NCBI GenBank assembly: GCA_048938385.1
Contig: JBHLMG010000002.1
Span: 129,596-193,595 of the forward strand
Length of the DNA stretch: 64,000 nucleotides
Source: Promethearchaeota archaeon
GTDB lineage: Archaea; Asgardarchaeota; Hermodarchaeia; Hermodarchaeales; Hermodarchaeaceae
Direction: 5' to 3'
This document shows positions 18,759-27,511 of the stretch, piece after piece. Position 1 is the stretch's first letter. Each line of letters opens with the position of its first letter. A program made the translations under genes and the position numbers. The notes under the pieces were generated by a model. The model did not search any database and had not been told where the DNA came from. It saw only the letters and a list, made by a program, of their open reading frames with translations.

Positions 18759-19358
18759 TTATGTTGATTCTTTTGTAATCCTCTTAACAGTTCGCGTTGC
18801 GTAGCGGCTTACCATACGAGAAGCGAGCTGAATTAAGAATGTAATTACGAGAATGGCTATTGAAAGGATGATGAGACTCGGATATATCGAGTCAGTCAGG
18901 ATCCAAAGGTCAAAAACGAGATACTTCCACAATAAATAGATGGCATAGAGTCCTGCGAGAGTAAAGAAAACGATAGCAACCGCAAAGAGGCTGAGAATGA
19001 ATCCTCCGTCTCGGCTTCCTCGAATGCCTCTTCCGATTTCTTCACCCAAAACGAATCGTTTGACGCGTTGATGGGATCGGATGAAGAATCCAAAAAAGAG
19101 CATCAGGATAGCGAACGCTATAGCGCCTCCACATAGAAGGAGGAACACGAGAATATCTTGACCGTATGGGCTGATTTTAATGAACTCCCAGATACCACTC
19201 CAGACGAAAAGGTATCCAACACTGGATCCAATGAGCACTAATATTGCCAGGAGCTGAATGATGAAAGTTGCAGTGGTGGCTCCAGCAAACAATCGATCGA
19301 GGTTTATCTTGCGTTTTTCTTTCGACATCGTAGGAGGTGACATGAAGATGGCTCCCAT
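18759..19358 (-). CDS. Hypothetical polytopic membrane protein
   Basis: 199 aa with about 4 hydrophobic helices, on the same strand and upstream of the ABC pair. Confidence 0.5.
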   Translation of the reverse strand: MGAIFMSPPTMSKEKRKINLDRLFAGATTATFIIQLLAILVLIGSSVGYLFVWSGIWEFIKISPYGQDILVFLLLCGGAIAFAILMLFFGFFIRSHQRVKRFVLGEEIGRGIRGSRDGGFILSLFAVAIVFFTLAGLYAIYLLWKYLVFDLWILTDSIYPSLIILSIAILVITFLIQLASRMVSRYATRTVKRITKEST

Positions 19359-19488
19359 TATCTATTGATTAGATTCTCCCTTCTCTGCTTATTAAAAGAC
19401 TACTCTTCCCTTCAGAAACAAAGGCTTAAAGGCGGGGGCGGGAACCTGACCATAGAACAGTGGGGTTGTAAGGAGGAACACCTCATCC

Positions 19489-20232
19489 ATGAATTCACCC
19501 CGAAATTTCGCAGCGATCGAGAAAAAAATAACTCACTGGCTTCAGGAGTACCTACTTAAGAGTGGCTCGAAAGGGTTTGTCGTAGCACTCTCTGGAGGGG
19601 TTGATTCCAGCGTCACCGCGGTTCTTTGCCGACGAGTAACCAAATCCACTTTAGCACTCCTCCTTCCTTGTGGTTACTCCTCACCTGATGATATTTCAGA
19701 TGCAATTTTAGTAGTTAAGAACTTTGACATTGATCACCGGACCTATGATCTTACACCCATTTTTGAAACATTTCTCTCTGCATTTCATCTCACTCCAGAT
19801 GTACCAATTACAATTCCGCTAGCAAATATCAAGGCACGACTTCGTATGGTTGCCCTCTATTATGAATCGAATCGACTTCAACGGTTAGTTGTGGGCACTA
19901 GTAATCGAACTGAATTAGCACTAGGGTTCTTCACTAAATATGGAGATGGTGGAGTCGATCTGATGCCCTTAGGAAATCTACTTAAAAGAGAGATCCGCGG
20001 GCTTGCCTCCCACCTGGGCATTCCACAATCTATTATCATGAAAACTCCAAGCCCTGGTTTATGGCCTGGGCAAACTGATGAGGGTGAATTAGGCGCCTCG
20101 TATGATCAATTGGATGACTTGGTAATGGGAAAAACTACTCATGGAATGACTCGTGCCGAAGTGAAACGATTTCAAGAACGAATTGCTAAGAACGTGCACA
20201 AACGAAATCTGCTTCCTATTTGCCCACTGTGA
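19489..20232 (+). CDS. nadE: NH3-dependent NAD+ synthetase
   Basis: SGGVDSSV PP-loop plus the NadE-like remainder (FTKYGDGGVDL). Confidence 0.9.
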   Translation: MNSPRNFAAIEKKITHWLQEYLLKSGSKGFVVALSGGVDSSVTAVLCRRVTKSTLALLLPCGYSSPDDISDAILVVKNFDIDHRTYDLTPIFETFLSAFHLTPDVPITIPLANIKARLRMVALYYESNRLQRLVVGTSNRTELALGFFTKYGDGGVDLMPLGNLLKREIRGLASHLGIPQSIIMKTPSPGLWPGQTDEGELGASYDQLDDLVMGKTTHGMTRAEVKRFQERIAKNVHKRNLLPICPL

Positions 20233-20250
20233 ACTAAGGAAACCTCTCGA

Positions 20251-20763
20251 GTGGTAACAGTGAATCCTCTAAAACGCCTTTTAGGACTGATTTTTTACTT
20301 CTGTGAACATAAAGAAATCCATGCCTTCAAAGTCCAATTAAACGACCGAATCTACTATGTGTGTGCCCGGTGTTCTGGTCTATACCTGGGAATATTCTCC
20401 GGCTTTCCCCTCTCTCTTCTCCTACTATTATCTGCTCCTTTTATGTATCAGCTAGGAGATTTCAGTACCACTATAATAGCTATCCTACTTGCCTTACCTG
20501 CAATGCTCGATTGGACTACCCAGCGTCTTGCCTGGCGAGAAAGCAGGAATGTGATTCGGTTTTGGAGCGCCCTTCCAGCGGGGTTTTCCCTCTCCTGGTA
20601 TCTTCTCTCGCCTATATCGCTTCTTGTAAAAATCTTAGTAATGATTGGCTTGCTATCCTTCCTTGTAATCTTTGGGCGTATTGATCGCCGCCCTCGGCTC
20701 GATGGACCAAAGACACCACAGCATGAGGAAGCTCAATCTATCAAGCTTGCTTCTCTACTTTGA
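20251..20763 (+). CDS. DUF2085-like membrane protein
   Basis: CARCSGLYLG motif followed by several TM helices. GTG start. Confidence 0.65.
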   Translation: MVTVNPLKRLLGLIFYFCEHKEIHAFKVQLNDRIYYVCARCSGLYLGIFSGFPLSLLLLLSAPFMYQLGDFSTTIIAILLALPAMLDWTTQRLAWRESRNVIRFWSALPAGFSLSWYLLSPISLLVKILVMIGLLSFLVIFGRIDRRPRLDGPKTPQHEEAQSIKLASLL

Positions 20764-21613
20764 TTTTTTTCAGTGCCTTACGAGCAGCAGATTGAACAAT
20801 TTCATCGGGATCAAGTATGGCTTCTTCGATATCTTTTACTGCATCTTCAGGAAGGTTACTAATGTGGGATAATGTTAACAGGGCGATAGCTCGTAATTCA
20901 GCTCGATCAGCCCTTAGTACTTCTAAGAGGTTTGAAATAGCTGATGTGCCTATCTGTTCTAACGCTGTTTTTGCTGCGGTGCGAACATCGAGGGTTTTCT
21001 CATCATGGAGAAATTCCTCCTCATCAGTGAGCAAAGCAATCAGTTTAGGAACTGCTTCAGGAACATCAGGGCCCAAGTTTCCAAGGGCTAAAGCGGCTTC
21101 TCCACGGACAACCTCATCGCTATCAGTTAACGCATCAATTAGCGCGTCCTTTGCTTCAATGGCTCCCGAACCCATTTGCGTAAATACGCGAGCAACAGCT
21201 CGGCGCACGTCATCGTCATCGTGGCTAAGAAGAGAAGAAAGGGAGTCAGCCGCTTCGACAGCATCAGATCCTAGAAAATAGAGCGCTTCTGCTGCGTATC
21301 GGTAGAGTTCTTCGTTGTCACTATTGAGTCCACTGATGAGCATAGGCAGGGCTTCTAACAATCGAGGATGGTCTCCAGATTGCGAAACGACTTCAAACGC
21401 TAAACGCTGCATAGCCTCGTCTGAGCCTTCAAGAAATTCAAGTAGGTCTTCCCAGGCATCATCGTCCTCATTGACGAGTTCAAGTGCCTTTTGAATTTCA
21501 CCATCTTCGAGTAACTTTTCTAACTCAGACACACAAGTCGCCTCAATGCGCTGTTCCTGTGTATTCTTATTCATAATTAACTGTTCAAAAAGGTTATCGC
21601 CTGTATGCTGCAT
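20741..21613 (-). CDS. HEAT-repeat (PBS-lyase-type) protein, strongly acidic
   Basis: Repeated ...D.DVR..AA.ALG.IG... units, for example DDVRRAVARVFTQMG, EVVRGEAALALGNLG and LDVRTAAKTALEQIG. It overlaps the previous gene convergently by 23 nt. Confidence 0.75.
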   Translation of the reverse strand: MQHTGDNLFEQLIMNKNTQEQRIEATCVSELEKLLEDGEIQKALELVNEDDDAWEDLLEFLEGSDEAMQRLAFEVVSQSGDHPRLLEALPMLISGLNSDNEELYRYAAEALYFLGSDAVEAADSLSSLLSHDDDDVRRAVARVFTQMGSGAIEAKDALIDALTDSDEVVRGEAALALGNLGPDVPEAVPKLIALLTDEEEFLHDEKTLDVRTAAKTALEQIGTSAISNLLEVLRADRAELRAIALLTLSHISNLPEDAVKDIEEAILDPDEIVQSAARKALKKIKVEKQA

Positions 21614-21744
21614 ATCTTATTGAGAATAAGGGGTTCCCAATTCTAAAGAGGAATTATCCAATCGTGCTTAAAACGCTGTAATGCCAAAGTTACACTCACG
21701 AACTGAATCCCCTCTTTTCCATGAATCTACTTCTCTTAGAATTG

Positions 21745-21790
21745 ATTAAAAGAAAAAGAATCCCGTTAACGTTCGAATGAAGCTAACGGG
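21745..21790 (-). terminator. Hairpin plus T-run downstream of the 7-TM gene
   Basis: The minus strand reads CCCGTTA-(15 nt)-TAACGGG followed by ATTCTTTTTCTTTT. Confidence 0.45.
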
Positions 21791-21816
21791 TATTCAGCGT
21801 GTTGAGGAGCCATGGG

Positions 21817-22527
21817 CTAAGACTTGAATTCAACAAGCAACCAAGCAATGAATATAATAATCCATGCAATAGCAGCGAGTATGAAGGTATAGAGCATAAA
21901 TGGTGCTATAAATTGGACCAGCGCCATGAGCAAGGCAGCGATGAACCATAGGAAGATTCCCAACCAGCCAATCCAGGTCCACATCTTCGCGGCGCCCTCA
22001 CGTTCTTTCGCAAGGCGATAGAGCACGAGGAAGGGTACTAAGAACATGTAGAAGAAGGCTAGCAAGCCACTGTATAATATGAAGTAAAACGGCATAGCGA
22101 GATAGGTAAGCACTCCATCTGAAACAGTCTGCACCGTAACTGGCGTGGCAAGGAACCACAAGAGTGTGAGCCAAGATAGCGTTCCCAAGATGGGGAGGTA
22201 AACAGCCCACATCCGCTTCTTAAACCACTCAAAATCGAGGCAGTAGAACACTAAGCAGAAGGCGTGGAGTCCAACAAAGGTGTATGCTCCAAGGTAGTAC
22301 GGTAATAGTTGAACAGCAGTCGCTACAGCTGGAAGATTGTAAATAGACGCAGCTAAACTCATGAAGGTTAGAAACCCGAAAACAACGGCAAGGAATCCAC
22401 CGAATCCCGATGACGGTGATCTACCTCTCAAGGATCCGATAATTCCAATCAGCGCAAATACCAAAAAGATGATGCAAAGTAGCATTATGGCTCCAAAATG
22501 GATGGGTGTTTCATGTATGTAGAGCAT
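21817..22527 (-). CDS. 7-TM membrane protein, paralog A (unknown family)
   Basis: 236 aa with seven hydrophobic helices. It shares the MLYIHETPIHFG start and the NLPA.ATA.QLLPYYLGA loop with the next gene. Confidence 0.65.
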   Translation of the reverse strand: MLYIHETPIHFGAIMLLCIIFLVFALIGIIGSLRGRSPSSGFGGFLAVVFGFLTFMSLAASIYNLPAVATAVQLLPYYLGAYTFVGLHAFCLVFYCLDFEWFKKRMWAVYLPILGTLSWLTLLWFLATPVTVQTVSDGVLTYLAMPFYFILYSGLLAFFYMFLVPFLVLYRLAKEREGAAKMWTWIGWLGIFLWFIAALLMALVQFIAPFMLYTFILAAIAWIIIFIAWLLVEFKS

Positions 22528-22647
22528 GCTGGAAAAACCCTCCGGGGGAGCTTTTCTTCGTATGTACTATAAAAACACTTGTACTTCAAAAAAGGTGATG
22601 CCCGAGGCTCCTCAATGAAGAGTCTTCGGGCAAGATTCTATGGTGTA

Positions 22648-23463
22648 TTATTTTAACTTCGAAATTGCTCGAGTAGCTATAGTAAGTCCGATGTAACTTA
22701 GGATCAACCCAATGAGTCCAAGTCCGAGCGCATATGGCATGATGGGGGCAGCGAAGAAGACGACTGCCATGCACATTGCTGAGATATCCCACAAGAAAAG
22801 ACCGAACCAAGCTAGCCAATTTCCAGTCTTTAGGCTGCCCCCCTGCTCTTTCGTAACGCGATAGGTATGAATGAAGGGTATGATGAACATATAGATGATG
22901 GCGAGAACGCCACCATAGGTCACAACGACCAGTGGCATGGCGAGCCAATGCATGACTCCGTCAGAGACTACGGTTGTGGTGCCTGAAGTGGTGAATAGCC
23001 ACAACACGACTAGAAACGAGATAGTGCCGATGAGGAAGAGGTACTTGAACCACTGTGGTAATTGAAGTGCCTTTACGCTGAACATTAAGAAAATCCCAAA
23101 AAAGGCGTACAGGGCTACACAAGACCACGCGCCAAGATAATAGGGTAAGAGTTGATCAGCTGTTGCGGTTGCTGGAAGATTGTACATCATGATGGCTAAG
23201 ATAGAGTAAGTGAACAACAGAAAGAATAATGTCAAGAAGGTTAGCCAATTCCATTCCTTCCTTTCTTCGCTGGCAATCATTGCTCGAAAACTAACGAAAA
23301 CGCCGTAAAGCAAAACTATCCAAGTCACAATTACAAGTCCGAAGTGAATTGGTGTTTCGTGAATGTAAAGCATTCCAAAGAAACCCTCCAATGTGCCCTC
23401 CTTTGCATATGTTATATAACGCTTCTGCTCATTCATTTGATTGTATGACGGAAATTCCGCCAA
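22648..23463 (-). CDS. 7-TM membrane protein, paralog B
   Basis: 271 aa as drawn. The internal ATG at 23373 (MLYIHETPIHFG), with GGAGGG 10 nt upstream, is probably the real start, because paralog A has the same GGAGGG-ATG arrangement. Confidence 0.65.
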   Translation of the reverse strand: MAEFPSYNQMNEQKRYITYAKEGTLEGFFGMLYIHETPIHFGLVIVTWIVLLYGVFVSFRAMIASEERKEWNWLTFLTLFFLLFTYSILAIMMYNLPATATADQLLPYYLGAWSCVALYAFFGIFLMFSVKALQLPQWFKYLFLIGTISFLVVLWLFTTSGTTTVVSDGVMHWLAMPLVVVTYGGVLAIIYMFIIPFIHTYRVTKEQGGSLKTGNWLAWFGLFLWDISAMCMAVVFFAAPIMPYALGLGLIGLILSYIGLTIATRAISKLK

Positions 23464-23850
23464 ATTTCAAATGTATTCGTTGAATAATGGGTCGACCCAA
23501 TTTGCGTTTTTTCCGCTTCTCTTTTGTTTTCAGAAAAAACTCTCCATCTTAAAACGGAAAGCGTTTTAAATCTTCATCGTGTATAACTGCATGGATAACG
23601 GGAGACCCCCCGAGGAGGAATAGAGCACACCTAACGCAGCTTCATTCCAATAAGCTAAATCACAATAGACCTGTTCCCTCTCAGCAAGGATTCTCAGTTA
23701 TTCATCCGCAGATACCGAACGAGGTAAAACAGACCATCGGCAACGGAACCTAACAAGGCGAATGGATGGGGTATCCTTCCCTGTGTCTTTCATTCCCCTC
23801 TCCCCCTCTCCTCCTTTATGTCCTCGTTCTGGACACCCCATCCCGTTATA

Positions 23851-23881
23851 GGGTGGCGCGGATTGCGTCACCCATTTTTTT
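23851..23881 (+). terminator. Strong plus-strand hairpin plus T7, in an intergenic region whose neighbours are both minus-strand genes
   Basis: GGGTGGCGC-ggatt-GCGTCACCC (9 bp including one G.U pair) followed by A-TTTTTTT. Confidence 0.45.
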
Positions 23882-23961
23882 ACGAATGGTTTTGGGCAAA
23901 AGGATTGTTTTCAACGATCGGAGTTTTCAAATTTACCTTGATTTTCTGGATGAAGACCCGC

Positions 23962-25398
23962 CTATTCTTCCAGACACATCGTCGGAGGAACCTTCCATAA
24001 TCTCTGGTTTGCTCTCCAAAGGATGTGTCGTTGGAGGGAGGGAAGAAGTGGAAGATTTCGTTTAAATCGTAATATCTTGGTCTTGAAAATTCTTGGAATA
24101 GTAAGGAGTGTTCGCGTTAACTGTTTGATAAGGCTTGGTCCGACAGTTGGGAGACCGATAAGGATAATGGCTCCATCGTCAGTAGGAAAAAGTTGTACCA
24201 TCGGATATTGGGTGATTAATTGATAGAGTATGTTGAGCGTTGGTTTCTCACAACTAATCAAAAGACAAAGAACATCTTCAAAAGCCATCCGGCTGAAGGT
24301 TAGATATGGGAAATAGGCTTCTTTTTGTCGAAGTTTACGAAGATGAGTCCAAATGGTTTTTTCTGATAATGGAAATGCGTTGTGGTGTAAGAGATCTCGT
24401 TGTTCGAATTTAGATAAAAGCCCTTCACAGGTGGTGATGGTTAGGAGCCAATCTGTTGGGTGAAAAGCCATGGGTTCTCCATGATAGATGAATCCTTGGA
24501 GTGGAGTGAACTGTGAACCATGTTCTTCGATGAACCGAAGAACCGCTTCGGTGTGGAGATCTGGTGAAATCTTCCACTGCTGTGAACCGTAATCATAGAA
24601 ATCTAAACTTATGTTCGCGAAGAATCCACGAATTTGATGAATTTCTACATCATCTAAAAACACATCTTTTATCCATTGTATTGTTTGGTGTAGCTGTTTT
24701 AGCCATTGAACTTGATCTGGCACAAACAGAGTGAAGACTCCGGAAATCTGATCGACATCAAACATCGCTCCAGTGAGAAAGGGGAAAGCATCGCCGAAGA
24801 AGAGTTGCTTGTTTAACCATTGTTTGAATCGCAGAGAAGTCTTAAGAGATGGTCCGCTGAAGTAAATTCCAAAATGAGCTAAACCGAATTTCGGGGGATT
24901 AAGGATGCCAGCTACGCGAAGGCCATAACGAGTAAACAGAATTTGGCGATCCCGATTGATGGTCCGTGAACTAGTTTCTAACAACTTCGCAAGTGCCATG
25001 GTCCTTAGTTCTGGTTGAATTCCCTTGTGCTGAATGTATTGAATCTGTTTTCGGTTAAAATGCATAGGACGATACAACTGAAGACCAGCAGTGAGTAATT
25101 CTGAAATTCGTTTTGGACTATGCAAGTGGTATTCTGCAATGATGTTTATCCTGTAAGCTAGTTCAGATGCCAATTCCTCAGAAATGGGCTGATTTTCAAA
25201 ACTAAACAGGGGATGATCAGGCAGATTGAGGTCTGTAAATGTCTGGGCGTGAAAAGCCCGTTTAAGATACAAGGTTATATGGGTAAGTAGGAGTTCAAGA
25301 TCCGATTTTGCGGGGCTTGGCTGAACTTCTTCTAAAATGGCTTGTTTTCGAATGTCAAATGATTGATAGGGATCTGGCACAACAAATCCCACCATCAA
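23962..25398 (-). CDS. Large (~470 aa) putative DNA-binding protein with two HTH + Lrp/AsnC-effector-like modules, paralog A
   Basis: HTH-like segments are LRTMALAKLLETSSRTINRDRQILFTRYGLRV and LSEKTIWTHLRKLRQKEAY. Each is followed by a beta-alpha-beta-like segment. It is collinear with 26111..27511. Confidence 0.55.
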   Translation of the reverse strand: MMVGFVVPDPYQSFDIRKQAILEEVQPSPAKSDLELLLTHITLYLKRAFHAQTFTDLNLPDHPLFSFENQPISEELASELAYRINIIAEYHLHSPKRISELLTAGLQLYRPMHFNRKQIQYIQHKGIQPELRTMALAKLLETSSRTINRDRQILFTRYGLRVAGILNPPKFGLAHFGIYFSGPSLKTSLRFKQWLNKQLFFGDAFPFLTGAMFDVDQISGVFTLFVPDQVQWLKQLHQTIQWIKDVFLDDVEIHQIRGFFANISLDFYDYGSQQWKISPDLHTEAVLRFIEEHGSQFTPLQGFIYHGEPMAFHPTDWLLTITTCEGLLSKFEQRDLLHHNAFPLSEKTIWTHLRKLRQKEAYFPYLTFSRMAFEDVLCLLISCEKPTLNILYQLITQYPMVQLFPTDDGAIILIGLPTVGPSLIKQLTRTLLTIPRIFKTKILRFKRNLPLLPSLQRHILWRANQRLWKVPPTMCLEE

Positions 25399-25735
25399 CC
25401 TTACTTCTTTTAGTTTTGTATAAACCTAGGCTTAATGAGAAAAAATTGCAGAAACTTGCCTCAAGTAAGACAAACCTCTAATTTCTCCTTGGGTAATAGA
25501 TGCAAAACTATCATTATCGCACTGGAAACCAATGATTGACGCAAAATAACCGAGTTTAGAGGGAATAGAAACTGCTCCTGTGATGCCACTCCTATTAATT
25601 CCTCTAGAACTCTCCTTTCTTCTTCTTATAAGGTGGCTTAGTTTACCTGCATTTGGAGAAGATAATTTTCACGAACCCGATATCTCTCTTCTTCTCCCTC
25701 CTCCAAAAGCATACAACTCAAGGAGAAGAAAATCT

Positions 25736-26011
25736 ATGGCAAACGAATTCCCCATTCAGGAACCACAAAGCAAGGAATCGCCCCTCCTCAGCCCTACAGG
25801 CGAAGCGATACCAAACTCAGGGGTGAATGTGTGCTTTCTTTCTGTAGACCAATTCTCCGAGAGTGAAGTCTCTCGTCAACTTGCCGGAGTGTGCGCCCTT
25901 CTCCTTCGTATGCTTGCTCGGGACTTTGATGTACCCCGTCCCAAGGGCGTGCTGATCGTGCCTGCTTCAACATCGGAGAGGGTAGAGTTGAAAATAATAC
26001 GGCGTGATTAG
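25736..26011 (+). CDS. Hypothetical small protein (92 aa from the internal ATG)
   Basis: AGGAG lies 10 nt upstream of the ATG at 25736. The upstream part of the track ORF (from 25580) is low-complexity. It sits between the two paralogous regulator genes, on the opposite strand. Confidence 0.35.
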   Translation: MANEFPIQEPQSKESPLLSPTGEAIPNSGVNVCFLSVDQFSESEVSRQLAGVCALLLRMLARDFDVPRPKGVLIVPASTSERVELKIIRRD

Positions 26012-26110
26012 GCACAAACCTAGATGTCCACGGGGCATTCCTTTATTGGAATGCCCCCAGGGGAGGGATCAAGACTCGTATGAGCCACGCTCCTCCAGTC
26101 CAGTCTTATT

Positions 26111-27511
26111 CTAGATATCTCCGTCAGTGAATTCCCAAAATTGACGGCTTTCGTTCCATCGGCGGAAAAAATCTTGATCTAAACTGTTACCAAAATTTCG
26201 TTCCTGATGCACAGTTAATAAATCCTGAATATCATAGTATTTTATAACATCGCGAATGAGCGTTGCAATCTTGTCTCTCCAGCCTGTAGGGCGTTTAAAG
26301 AAAATCAAAATTCCATCTTCAGATGGGTAAGTAAATGCTGCTGGAAACATCGATGCGAGCCATTGAAGTCGTCGGCGTGTCGGGAGATCACAAAGAATGC
26401 TAATCAGAATGAACTCCTCGAATCCTCCGCCACTGAAGTACATGATTGGAGTTATCATTTCCTCAGCTTTCAAACGCCTCAGATGTAACCAAATAGAGTT
26501 TTTTGAGAGATGAAATTCCCAACTTGCTAGGGTATTCCGAATGTCAGTTAGGGTGTCTTGTGGAGTGATACCGATATTTGCTAGAAGAAAATCGATTTGC
26601 CTAAAATGAACTGGGAATCGAAAATCTTGGTAATGAATATATGCAATATCTTCCAAGCCCTCTTCACCTGGATCCTCAATTCTCTTAATGTCCTCAAATT
26701 CTGGAGGGCTCTGCCAGTTTCCATGTTTTGCATCATACAAGTCAAAGCGAATGTTCCAATACTTTTCTAGGACTCGATGAACATGGACTCGATGCAGAAA
26801 ATTGCGTTTCAACCACTTTACCCGTTTCTCAAATAATTGGAATGCTCGTTGCTGAGATGGAACCGCGAAAGCCATGAATCCGTGAGAGAAGGTGACATCA
26901 AAAACGAAGGCTGTTAGGAAGGGGAGCGAAGTTTGCCGAACCCAAGATTCTAAAGCTTTTGATTCCTCATAAGAGTGGGTTTGAAAAACAACACCGTATG
27001 TAGTGAGCTTAAATTTTCCACGGTTATCAATATAGACTCTTCGTAGACCGTTTTGTTCTTCTAATATTTGTAAGATCCGACTTGCTTTGTAACGCGTTAA
27101 GTTCAAATTCTGGGCTAATTTAGTTATGCTAGCCATGGGGTTCTTTGCCATTTGGTTCAGAATATCGACCTCTATGGTGGAAAATAGACGGTTAGAGCTT
27201 CGTTCCAATCCTATTAGCAACATCTCTTGAATTCTTGACACTGATCGGATACCATATTCATGGATGATGCGGATGCGATCTTTTAATGATTCAGCAAGTT
27301 CTGAAGAGAGCGCCGCTTGGGAGAACCGCATCTTCTGGTGACTTGGGTATTTCCTTTCTTCTGGAGTTAGAGCACCGGTTTCAACTAATTTGATGTATAA
27401 TAATACACTTTCAAATAGGCATTGAAGATTGTCCCGCTCCTCATTTGGAACCGAACGGGCGAGAATCTCATCGGTAATGTGTTTCAGTGGATGCTCAATC
27501 ACTCCCGCCAT
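26111..27511 (-). CDS. Large putative DNA-binding protein with two HTH + Lrp/AsnC-effector-like modules, paralog B
   Basis: ITKLAQNLNLTRYKASRILQILEEQNGLRRV and LSKNSIWLHLRRLKAEEMI, with the conserved SSELAESLKDRIRIIHEY block (SEELASELAYRINIIAEY in paralog A). Confidence 0.55.
   Translation of the reverse strand: MAGVIEHPLKHITDEILARSVPNEERDNLQCLFESVLLYIKLVETGALTPEERKYPSHQKMRFSQAALSSELAESLKDRIRIIHEYGIRSVSRIQEMLLIGLERSSNRLFSTIEVDILNQMAKNPMASITKLAQNLNLTRYKASRILQILEEQNGLRRVYIDNRGKFKLTTYGVVFQTHSYEESKALESWVRQTSLPFLTAFVFDVTFSHGFMAFAVPSQQRAFQLFEKRVKWLKRNFLHRVHVHRVLEKYWNIRFDLYDAKHGNWQSPPEFEDIKRIEDPGEEGLEDIAYIHYQDFRFPVHFRQIDFLLANIGITPQDTLTDIRNTLASWEFHLSKNSIWLHLRRLKAEEMITPIMYFSGGGFEEFILISILCDLPTRRRLQWLASMFPAAFTYPSEDGILIFFKRPTGWRDKIATLIRDVIKYYDIQDLLTVHQERNFGNSLDQDFFRRWNESRQFWEFTDGDI

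Noticed and set aside
22586-22948. 120-aa minus-strand ORF overlapping 7-TM paralog B in another frame
   Set aside because: It lies entirely within the better-supported 22648..23463 gene, and its His/Arg/Ser-rich composition is odd.
21817-23463. The 7-TM paralogs as microbial rhodopsins, heliorhodopsins or schizorhodopsins
   Set aside because: Neither protein has a lysine in the seventh helix, and the RYxDW / DxxxK-type motifs are absent. A retinal Schiff base is therefore not possible.
23590-23881. Assigning the candidate ncRNA to RNase P RNA or SRP (7S) RNA
   Set aside because: Only vague resemblances are present (GAGGAGGAAUAGAGCACACC, ACAGACC). The universally conserved CR-I GAGGAAAGUCC motif and the SRP helix-8 motifs could not be found. 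It is kept only as an unclassified candidate.
23766-24065. 99-aa plus-strand ORF (and the nested 23818..24000 ORF) in the long intergenic region
   Set aside because: The composition is low-complexity and Pro/Leu/Ser-rich. The ORF reads straight through the hairpin + T7 terminator and into the 3' end of the minus-strand gene, so it is probably spurious.
25580-25735. N-terminal 52 aa of the 25580..26011 ORF
   Set aside because: This leader is Leu/Pro-rich and low-complexity with no RBS. The internal ATG at 25736 has AGGAG at the right spacing, so only the shorter ORF is reported, and at low confidence.
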